DNA of 64,000 nucleotides from Treponemataceae bacterium (lineage in GTDB: Bacteria; Spirochaetota; Spirochaetia; Treponematales; Treponemataceae): contig JAZRVO010000021.1 of the NCBI GenBank assembly GCA_045599185.1, positions 11,282 to 75,281 on the forward strand, in the 5' to 3' direction. Position 1 is the first letter of the stretch. Every line of letters starts with the position of its first letter. This document shows positions 56,715-64,000 of the stretch, piece by piece. The position numbers and the translations under genes were made by a program. The notes beneath the pieces were generated by a model. That model saw only the letters and a program-made list of their open reading frames with translations. It did no database searches and was not told the origin of the DNA.

Positions 56715-56726
56715 CAATAATCAAAC

Positions 56727-56996
56727 TTATTTACGCAATCCGAGTTCTTTGATGAGAGCGCGGTAACCTTCAAGGTCTGTGCGCTGCATGTATTTAAGCA
56801 AGCTGCGGCGCTGACCAACAAGTTTCAGCAGGCTGCGTGCTGCACTTGTGTCTTTTTTGTACATTTTGCAGTGTTCAGTAAGCTGTTTAATGCGTTCTGT
56901 AATAACTGCAACCTGAACACGTACGTTACCAGTGTCGTTTGCGTTTGCGCCGAAGGCTGAAACCAAGGCTGATGTTTTTTCTTTTGAGAGTGCCAT
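56727..56996 (-). CDS. rpsO: 30S ribosomal protein S15
   Basis: 89-aa ORF with GNVRVQVAVITERIKQLTEH...SLLKLVGQRRSLLKYM. Confidence 0.97.
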   Translation of the reverse strand: MALSKEKTSALVSAFGANANDTGNVRVQVAVITERIKQLTEHCKMYKKDTSAARSLLKLVGQRRSLLKYMQRTDLEGYRALIKELGLRK

Positions 56997-57019
56997 AATT
57001 CACCTCTTGTGATGTAAAA

Positions 57020-57892
57020 TCACATTTTTTCAAATTTTATTGTCTGCACCTTTAGACAGACACCGCTAAAAGAAAACCGACAGTGAAGAAAAGTCGGATT
57101 CACTTTTACAATGCCTGAAAAGGAGCGCTTTTCTGGTTCTCTTGAAGAATCGCAAAAAAGTGCCTCTATACAAACTTTATACTGCCCAACGGGCGGCATT
57201 ATTTGACTAAAAGCATCATCTGCTTTTAGAATAATTTCATTTTCATTGCAGAAACTCTGTTCAAAACTGCGCAAATCTAAAGCAAAGGCACGTCCCAAAA
57301 GCTTTTCCGCCGCATCAAAGTCGCCGGAAATTACTGCCTTGCGTATAAGGCTGGAACTTACGCGAACCGAACCATTGCAGACTTCATCTACAAAATCCGT
57401 TTTTACAAACCTTAATCCGGCAAAAGCGGCAATTTCAGCACAGCCGGTATCAAGCCTGTAACCGCACTTAAAATCGCTGCCAACGCATAAAAAGCGCATC
57501 CTGCAAAAATCGTATAAAAATTGCAGGAAAGTTTCGCCTTTCATTCTACCGAAATCCAAAGAAAAGTCAATCAGCAGAACGAAATCAAGGCCGATACTGT
57601 CAAAAAATTCAATTTGCTGCTGAAGCGTGCAAATGCTGCCGCAAAAATTTTCGCCTTCTTTTACGGCGCGCGGCGGCTTTATAAAAGTAACCACGCCCTT
57701 AAGCATTTCTGCCTGTGTAAAAAGCCTGCCAAAAATGGCCTGATGCCCCAAATGACAGCCGTCAAAACCGCCAACCGCCAGTGCAGAACCATTCAAAAAA
57801 CGCTGCTTAATGGAAGAATCTTTGCAGTTTTCAAAAAATTCAGCAAAAACTGAATTATTTTTACTGATTTCTTCCCAGTAAAAAACTTTCAT
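57020..57892 (-). CDS. ribF: RibF-like FAD synthetase (FMN adenylyltransferase half intact; riboflavin-kinase half divergent)
   Basis: N-terminal GGFDGCHLGHQAIF and SSSLIRKAV motifs are present. I could not find the PTAN-type kinase motif in the C-terminal ~110 aa. The start overlaps the truB stop (ATGA). Confidence 0.75.
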   Translation of the reverse strand: MKVFYWEEISKNNSVFAEFFENCKDSSIKQRFLNGSALAVGGFDGCHLGHQAIFGRLFTQAEMLKGVVTFIKPPRAVKEGENFCGSICTLQQQIEFFDSIGLDFVLLIDFSLDFGRMKGETFLQFLYDFCRMRFLCVGSDFKCGYRLDTGCAEIAAFAGLRFVKTDFVDEVCNGSVRVSSSLIRKAVISGDFDAAEKLLGRAFALDLRSFEQSFCNENEIILKADDAFSQIMPPVGQYKVCIEALFCDSSREPEKRSFSGIVKVNPTFLHCRFSFSGVCLKVQTIKFEKM

Positions 57893-59082
57893 TTTTCACT
57901 TTCCTTCGCATCAGCGGCGGTTTTTGCCTTTATCTGAATGTTCTTTGAATTCTGTCTTGCAGGTTTTTTATGGTTTACCGGCCTTGCAACGGGCAAATCG
58001 TTGGCTATTACAAAATTGTATTTAACCCGGTTGCCGTTAAAACTTACCAAGCCGCACAGTCTTTCCGAAGGAAAATCATTGCCCTTACCGTCTCTCTTGG
58101 CAAAAACCACATATTCTGTATTCTGTTCAACGGAAAAATCTTCGCCCTGCCCTGTGTAAAAAACTTTTGAATTCAGCGGTCGACCCTGCAAAAAGTCCGT
58201 AAAAAACTTTGGTTCTATAAAAATGCTGTTAAAACCGCAGCATTCAGCAAGCCGTGGCGTAAAAGCCTGCACGCTTTGCTGTATTTCTTCTTCGCTTGCT
58301 TCTACAATGTCAGCAGAAGAAGCTTTTCGCGTTAAAAGCCTTGGTAAATTTTCAATTGAAAAATCAGGCAGCTTGTCATAACCAGCCGCCTGCTGCAAAG
58401 TAAAAGGACCAACACTGGTACGGCGCAGCGCCACCAGATGGGCACAGCTGCCGCAGCTTTGCGCCATATCGCGAGCCAATGCGCGGATGTAAGTGCCTTT
58501 GGAACAGGCCACGCGAATATGCGCATATTCGCCGGTAAATTCAACAAGCGTATTTTCGTAAATTGTAATCCTGCGTTTTTTTAATTCCAGTTCCTGCCCG
58601 TCGCGCACCAAATCGCTGGCACGTCTGCCGTTAACCTGAATTGCAGAATAAACCGGCGGCGTCTGGTCTAATCCACCGGTAAAAATTTGGCAGGCTTTTT
58701 CAAAATTTTCACGCTGCGGCAGCGGCGCAGTTTTTATTACCGTGCCGTCAACATCAAGCGTGTCCGTTTCTTCTCCAAATTTAATTATTGCTTCGTAAGA
58801 TTTGTCAAAATCTGTAATATGAGAAACAAATCTGGTCATTCGGTTGGAAAGAACAACCAGCAGGCCGTCTGCAAAATTGTCCAGCGTGCCGGTGTGACCA
58901 ATTTTTGAGGTATTTAATGCGTGTTTTATTGCCCACAACGAGGTAAAGCTTGTTAAACCCGATTGTTTGGCATAAAGAACAACGCCGTCCGGCGGAAAAT
59001 TGCCAGACGGCTTGTAGTATTCAAGCCCTGAATTAAGATTCTGATTCAGCTTCCAGCTCCTCAAGTTTTCGAACCATTTCAA
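57889..59082 (-). CDS. truB: tRNA pseudouridine(55) synthase TruB with extended C-terminus
   Basis: GVVLYAKQSGLTSF, GHTGTLDNFADGLLVV (catalytic Asp) and KGTYIRALARD. 397 aa with a basic tail. The start overlaps rbfA by 50 nt. Confidence 0.9.
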   Translation of the reverse strand: MKWFENLRSWKLNQNLNSGLEYYKPSGNFPPDGVVLYAKQSGLTSFTSLWAIKHALNTSKIGHTGTLDNFADGLLVVLSNRMTRFVSHITDFDKSYEAIIKFGEETDTLDVDGTVIKTAPLPQRENFEKACQIFTGGLDQTPPVYSAIQVNGRRASDLVRDGQELELKKRRITIYENTLVEFTGEYAHIRVACSKGTYIRALARDMAQSCGSCAHLVALRRTSVGPFTLQQAAGYDKLPDFSIENLPRLLTRKASSADIVEASEEEIQQSVQAFTPRLAECCGFNSIFIEPKFFTDFLQGRPLNSKVFYTGQGEDFSVEQNTEYVVFAKRDGKGNDFPSERLCGLVSFNGNRVKYNFVIANDLPVARPVNHKKPARQNSKNIQIKAKTAADAKESEK

Positions 59083-59392
59083 AGCCGTCTTTTATGCTTG
59101 AATCTGCGATAAACTGCAATTTTGGAAACTGCCGGATGGTTAATTTTTTACCTAAAGAAGACTGGATAAAACCAGCGGCACTTTCCAAACCTTTTACACC
59201 TTTAAGGGTCTTTTTTTCGTCCATAAAGCTTGAAACGTAAACTTTTGCATAAGACAAATCACCAGAAACTTCCACGCGGTTAATACTTAAAAAAGTAGAA
59301 ACGCGCGGATCCTTTATCTGCTGGCGCAAAATCATCTGCGAAATTTCGTTACGAATCTGTTCTCCAAGACGAATCAGTCTGTATTCTGACAT
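59033..59392 (-). CDS. rbfA: ribosome-binding factor A
   Basis: 119-aa ORF with RLGEQIRNEISQMI...ITRVEVS-type INRVEVSGDLSYAKVYVS. Confidence 0.93.
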   Translation of the reverse strand: MSEYRLIRLGEQIRNEISQMILRQQIKDPRVSTFLSINRVEVSGDLSYAKVYVSSFMDEKKTLKGVKGLESAAGFIQSSLGKKLTIRQFPKLQFIADSSIKDGFEMVRKLEELEAESES

Positions 59393-59401
59393 TTATTCCC
59401 C

Positions 59402-62014
59402 TTATTTGTCGCCGGCATTAAGCTTGCGGGCAACTTCAACCATTTCAATTACTTCAAACTGGTCGCCAACCTTAATGTCCTGCCAGTTTTCAAGACCGAT
59501 ACCGCATTCGTAGCCGGCAGCAACTTCTTTTGCATCGTCCTTAAAGCGTTTAAGTGAAGCAAGCTTGCCGTTGAAAATTACGATACCGTCGCGAATTACG
59601 TTTACGCTGCTTGAACGTTTAACCATACCTGTAAGAACGTAACAACCGGCAATAAGACCGATTTTCGGTACTTTGAATGTATCGCGAACTTCGATTGTAC
59701 CGATAACTTCTTCCTTAACATCCGGTTTAAGCATACCTTCCATTGCGGCGGTAATTTCTTCAACTGCTTTATAAATAATGTTGTACTTGCGAATGTCAAC
59801 TTTTTCCTGGTCTGCCAGAGCTTTTGCTTTTGGGGTAGGACGAACGTTGAAACCGACAATAATTGCGTTAGAGTCGGCAGCGGCAAGCATAACGTCGCTT
59901 TCGTTAATTGCACCAGCCGAAGAGTGAATTACGTTCAGGCGGATGTCTTTTGTAGAAAGGCGTTCCAGTGAAGATTTAAGGGCTTCAGCCGAACCTTGAA
60001 CGTCAGCCTTGATGATGACTTTAAGTTCAAGCATATTGTCGTCGGTGATCGTGTCGTAAATGTTTTCCAGCGTAACTTTCTTAACGCTTTTAGAATCTTC
60101 AAAACGTTTAAGTTCCTGGCGTTTTGCAGAAATATCACGTGCATCGCGTTCTGTTTCTGTTACCTGGAAAGGGTCACCGGCGTTTGGCATTCCTTCAAAA
60201 CCGATAATTTCAACCGGCATTGAAGGCGTTGCTTCCTTAAGCTTCTTGCCGCGGTCGTTGTAAATTGCACGAACGTGGCCAGCATAAATACCGCCAACAT
60301 AAGGGTCGTTGATGCGCAAAGTACCGCGTTCAATAACAACAGTACAAACAACACCACGTCCGTGGTCAATGCGCGATTCAATAACTTTACCTTCAGCACG
60401 GCAGTTGTAATTTGCCCTAAGTTCAAGCACTTCTGCCTGAAGAAGAATGGCATCGAGCAAATCATCAATACCTTCCTTTTTAAGGGCACTGATATGAACA
60501 TACTGTGTCTGGCCGCCCCATTCTTCCGGTGTAAGGCCATATTCAGAAAGCTGGGTCTTAACGCGGTCAATGTTTGCTTCAGGTTTATCAATTTTGTTAA
60601 CGGCAACAATAATCGGTACGTCGGCGTCTTTTGCATGGTTAATAGCTTCAACTGTCTGAGGCATCACGCCGTCGTCAGCTGCAACAACAAGAACTACGAT
60701 ATCAGTAATTTTTGCACCGCGGGCACGCATCATTGTGAATGCTTCGTGACCTGGCGTATCAAGGAATGTGATGCAGCCTTTTTCAGTTTCTACCTGATAA
60801 GCACCAATATGCTGGGTAATACCGCCAAATTCGCTTGCTACTACGTTTGCACTGCGGATTGCATCAAGTGTTTTTGTCTTACCGTGGTCAACGTGACCCA
60901 TTACGGTTACTACCGGCGGACGAGTCATCATGTCTTCTTCACGGTCGGCTTCACTTTCAATAACGGTTTCATCATACAAGCTGATGATTTTAACTTCGCA
61001 GTCAAATTCGCTGGCAACAAGAGTTGCTGTATCAGCATCAATAGTCTGGGTAATTGAAACCATCATACCCATGCCCATAAGTTTTGCAATAATTTCAGAT
61101 GCTTTTAAATTCATCTTTTTTGCAAGTTCAGAAACTGAAATTGTGTCCATAATTTCAATTTCTTTTGGAACAGGATTTGTTTTAACGGCCTGCTTTTTCT
61201 TCTGGTTAAGCAGTCTGTCAACGGTTTCTGCGTCTTCTCTATCCTTGCGGTTATAAACAGGCTTTTTAGCCTTGTTGAATGTACGTTTCTGTGTATTTTT
61301 CTTGTTTTCTTCAACCGGTGCAGCATTCATGCCGCCGCCAAAGCCGCCTCGATTGCCAAAACTGCCCTGTCCTGCCGGACGCTGGCCAAAGTTAGGACGC
61401 TGACCACCAGCGACGCCGCCGCGGTTAAAGCCACCCTGACGCTGTCCGCCATTCTGGCCACCAAAGCGCTGGCCGCCGTTACCGCCGTTGTTGAAACGCT
61501 GGCCGCCATTCTGACCCTGATTTGCATTATTGCGGTTGTGGTAACCTTCGCGTGCCTGTGCACCCGTAAAACCGCCTTCACGGCGCTGATAGCCGCCTTC
61601 GCGACGCTGTCCGCCATTGCTGCGGTCGTTGCGGTGCTTGTCGGCCAGGTTGCCCTGCTTGCTGTTTGGGCGCTGAGGACTGATAATTGAAGAAACCGGA
61701 CGTTTTTCGCCGGATGCAGCCGGATTCTGCGCATTTGCAACAACTTTCGGTTTGTCACCAGTGTGTGCAGGCTGGGCTTTTGCACCAGCAGCGCCGCCGT
61801 CTTTTGCAGCACCGGCACTTGCAGAAGAACCGTTGCCTGCACCTGCATTGCCAGCCGGGTTAGGCTTCTTTTTAACAACAACAACCTTGCGCTTTTCAGT
61901 TTTTTCAGCCGGTGCGTCTGTGCGTTCAGCCGGTTTCTGTTCTTTAGCTTCTTTCGGTTCGCCTTTTTTCTTGTTAAGAATAAATTCTGGTTTTTTTTCT
62001 AATTCATCTGACAT
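59402..62014 (-). CDS. infB: translation initiation factor IF-2
   Basis: 870-aa ORF with a low-complexity N-terminus, a G domain ([26 protein letters not shown]) and conserved C-terminal domains. Confidence 0.98.
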   Translation of the reverse strand: MSDELEKKPEFILNKKKGEPKEAKEQKPAERTDAPAEKTEKRKVVVVKKKPNPAGNAGAGNGSSASAGAAKDGGAAGAKAQPAHTGDKPKVVANAQNPAASGEKRPVSSIISPQRPNSKQGNLADKHRNDRSNGGQRREGGYQRREGGFTGAQAREGYHNRNNANQGQNGGQRFNNGGNGGQRFGGQNGGQRQGGFNRGGVAGGQRPNFGQRPAGQGSFGNRGGFGGGMNAAPVEENKKNTQKRTFNKAKKPVYNRKDREDAETVDRLLNQKKKQAVKTNPVPKEIEIMDTISVSELAKKMNLKASEIIAKLMGMGMMVSITQTIDADTATLVASEFDCEVKIISLYDETVIESEADREEDMMTRPPVVTVMGHVDHGKTKTLDAIRSANVVASEFGGITQHIGAYQVETEKGCITFLDTPGHEAFTMMRARGAKITDIVVLVVAADDGVMPQTVEAINHAKDADVPIIVAVNKIDKPEANIDRVKTQLSEYGLTPEEWGGQTQYVHISALKKEGIDDLLDAILLQAEVLELRANYNCRAEGKVIESRIDHGRGVVCTVVIERGTLRINDPYVGGIYAGHVRAIYNDRGKKLKEATPSMPVEIIGFEGMPNAGDPFQVTETERDARDISAKRQELKRFEDSKSVKKVTLENIYDTITDDNMLELKVIIKADVQGSAEALKSSLERLSTKDIRLNVIHSSAGAINESDVMLAAADSNAIIVGFNVRPTPKAKALADQEKVDIRKYNIIYKAVEEITAAMEGMLKPDVKEEVIGTIEVRDTFKVPKIGLIAGCYVLTGMVKRSSSVNVIRDGIVIFNGKLASLKRFKDDAKEVAAGYECGIGLENWQDIKVGDQFEVIEMVEVARKLNAGDK

Positions 62015-62022
62015 GTTTTATC

Positions 62023-63513
62023 CTATTCTTCGTCCTCATATTCAAAACTAAGTTCAACACCACAGTTTGGACAAGCAGTCATATCAAGAGTGATTCTTGC
62101 ACCACATTCAGGGCATTCATAAACTTCTTCTTCTGCCGGGGCAGCTTCTTCTTGTTCTTCTGCCGAAGTTTCAGAAGCAGGTTCAGCACTTTCTTCTTCT
62201 ACAAACTCAACCACAGAATTTACCAATTCATGCAATTTTGCAAGGTCTTCTTCCGTAACGCCTTCAATGCCTGCAAGGCTGTTGCTGTCATAGGCGTCAA
62301 GGTATTCTTCAATGGTGTCAATGTTTGCTTCTTTAAGCAGTGCAGCAACTTTTGCATCAACACCAGGAAGGTCAGAAACAGTATTTATTTCAGCATAATC
62401 ATCAACCTGTTCGTTGCTGAACAAGTCGTTAACTGCCTTGCGAGATTCAGCAGTCAATGCTTCAATTTCTTCAGTCTGGTCGTCAGTCTTAACGTCAATG
62501 CTCCAGTCCGCAAGGCGGTTTGCAAGGCGAACATTTAAGCCCTGCTTACCAATTGCCAGAGAGAACTGAGATTCGGTAACGACAGCCAGTGCCTGACGTT
62601 TTTCTTCATCAAGAATATAAACTTCTGATACTTCAGCCGGTGAAAGCGCATTTTTGATGAACACGCGCGGGTCAGAATCGTATTTCAGTACGTCAACTTT
62701 TTCACCGTCAAGTTCGCCGATAACGGCCTGAATGCGTGTACCTTTCAAACCGACACATGCACCAACCGGGTCAATGTCTTCGCGGGAAGTGTAAACTGCA
62801 ACTTTTGTGCGGTAACCAGGCTCACGTACAATTTTGTGAATTTCAACAATTTTATCAGAAATTTCAGGAACATCGTTTTCCAGCAGGCAGCGAACAAAAT
62901 CGCTTTCGGTGCGCGAAAGCACAACCTGCAAACCGTTCTTGGTCTTTTTAAGTTCAGTTACAAGGGCTTTAATCTGCTTGTTGTCTTTAGAATATGCGTC
63001 GCGCGGTGACTGGAATTTTTTAGGCAGAATGCCTTCAACATTTTTCAGGTCAACATAAATGTTTCCGTTGCGTTCGCGCTGATAGTAACAGGTAATAATC
63101 TGACCGAGTTTTTCCTTCCATTCGTGGTAAAGGCCGTCTTTTTTAATGTCGCGCAGGGCGGCCAAAGCAGCCTGTTTTCCGGTTTGAATTGCCTTGCGGG
63201 AAAATTCCTTTGCAGGGTCAATCAGAATGTCAATTTCGTCACCTTCTTCACAGTCCGGCGAAAGTTTCAAGGCATCTTCAAGTTCAATTTCTACAGAAGG
63301 ATCCCAAATTCCGTCAAGAATAACCTTGCGAGAATAAAGTGAAACATCCGACATATCTTCTGAAAACTTTACAACAGCATTTTCCGTTGTTCCGTAAGTA
63401 CACTTATAGGCTGCCAATAAAAAATTTTCGATAGTTTCTTTCAGCATATTTTCTGAAATATTGCTATCGTTCTCCATAATTCCTCTTATGGCTTCAACCA
63501 TTTCAGCTGACAT
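62023..63513 (-). CDS. nusA: transcription termination/antitermination factor NusA with acidic linker and C-terminal zinc ribbon
   Basis: S1 and KH1/KH2 core (DPVGACVGLKGTRIQAV, AIGKQGLNVRLA), an HhH-like region, then CPECG-x11-CPNCG at the extreme C-terminus. Confidence 0.96.
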   Translation of the reverse strand: MSAEMVEAIRGIMENDSNISENMLKETIENFLLAAYKCTYGTTENAVVKFSEDMSDVSLYSRKVILDGIWDPSVEIELEDALKLSPDCEEGDEIDILIDPAKEFSRKAIQTGKQAALAALRDIKKDGLYHEWKEKLGQIITCYYQRERNGNIYVDLKNVEGILPKKFQSPRDAYSKDNKQIKALVTELKKTKNGLQVVLSRTESDFVRCLLENDVPEISDKIVEIHKIVREPGYRTKVAVYTSREDIDPVGACVGLKGTRIQAVIGELDGEKVDVLKYDSDPRVFIKNALSPAEVSEVYILDEEKRQALAVVTESQFSLAIGKQGLNVRLANRLADWSIDVKTDDQTEEIEALTAESRKAVNDLFSNEQVDDYAEINTVSDLPGVDAKVAALLKEANIDTIEEYLDAYDSNSLAGIEGVTEEDLAKLHELVNSVVEFVEEESAEPASETSAEEQEEAAPAEEEVYECPECGARITLDMTACPNCGVELSFEYEDEE

Positions 63514-63522
63514 AAAACACCC

Positions 63523-63987
63523 CTATGAATTAAGCAGTTTTGCTTTTGATATTTGTTCCAGCGGAATGCTACGTTCCGCATCATCAATTTTAAGTTTCAG
63601 CTGGTTCTCATCTGCATCAACAATCTGTCCCGAAACCCAGTCTGATACCGATATATCATAAACTCTTACATATTTTTCCTTGAAAAAAGGAAATTCTGCT
63701 GCATTTTTAATATTTCTTTCAGTTCCCGGCGACGTTACTTCCATGTAAGTATCCTGAGAATCCAAAATTGCTTCCATGCGGGGCAGCAGAACCCGGTGAA
63801 CTTTTGCACAATCGTCAATTCCAATACCAGTTTTTACAGACGGATCTGCATGACCAATTACAGCGCGAATCTGAATCGTACCGTTTGTACGAAAAACACG
63901 CAGTTCCACAAGCACATAGCCTGCCGCCTTTACAATCGGTGCGCAGTCTGCATAGTAAGGAATGGTGTCAAGGCTCGTATATTCCAA
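63523..63987 (-). CDS. rimP: ribosome maturation factor RimP
   Basis: 154-aa ORF at the head of the nusA-infB operon, with a TTG start 7 nt after AGGAG and LEVTSPG-type MEVTSPGTERN. Confidence 0.88.
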   Translation of the reverse strand: MEYTSLDTIPYYADCAPIVKAAGYVLVELRVFRTNGTIQIRAVIGHADPSVKTGIGIDDCAKVHRVLLPRMEAILDSQDTYMEVTSPGTERNIKNAAEFPFFKEKYVRVYDISVSDWVSGQIVDADENQLKLKIDDAERSIPLEQISKAKLLNS

Positions 63988-64000
63988 AACAACTCCTATT

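Overview
This is a chromosomal window from a Treponema-like spirochaete. That assignment is an inference from three architectures: cytidylate kinase fused to ribosomal protein S1, a ~900-aa GreA, and the gene order rimP-nusA-infB-rbfA-truB-ribF-rpsO-pnp. I call 54 protein-coding genes (one truncated at the left edge), one tRNA-Pro(UGG), a set of rho-independent terminators and a few promoters.

The 31-64 kb part is densely packed housekeeping DNA, mostly on the minus strand, with many 1-4 nt start/stop overlaps (ATGA/TGATG). The 6-31 kb part looks more accessory. It carries nucleotide second-messenger enzymes (HD-GYP, a class III cyclase with a FecR-like partner, GGDEF), an orphan NRPS-type adenylation enzyme, a SAMHD1-like HD phosphohydrolase, GH43, MATE, small metabolic enzymes and several unknowns.

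I see no CRISPR array, transposase, integrase, phage structural gene or recognisable defence operon. I cannot defend any protein-coding system here as novel.

The unusual content is non-coding:
- A two-part structured repeat family (GTTTGC/GCAAAC hairpin plus a ~50-nt self-closing module) sits at three clear loci and one divergent one. It lies upstream of the adjacent gene, in that gene's orientation, at all three clear loci, and shows compensatory stem changes.
- A ~75-80 nt hairpin element occurs in two copies that differ by a compensated base pair.
- Four 40-41 bp tandem repeats, each centred on the 21-bp palindrome TTTAAAATAC-N-GTATTTTAAA, lie upstream of the HD phosphohydrolase gene.
- A decayed copy of the tRNA-Pro 3' end lies 10.4 kb downstream of the tRNA, in att-site geometry but with no integrase.

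Protein-level oddities:
- a sigma-54 activator-like protein lacking Walker A and GAFTGA;
- NusA with a C-terminal zinc ribbon;
- RecA with an Ala/Lys/Pro-rich tail;
- a RibF whose kinase half looks degenerate.

All calls come from reading the sequence and ORF translations by eye. No database search was run.
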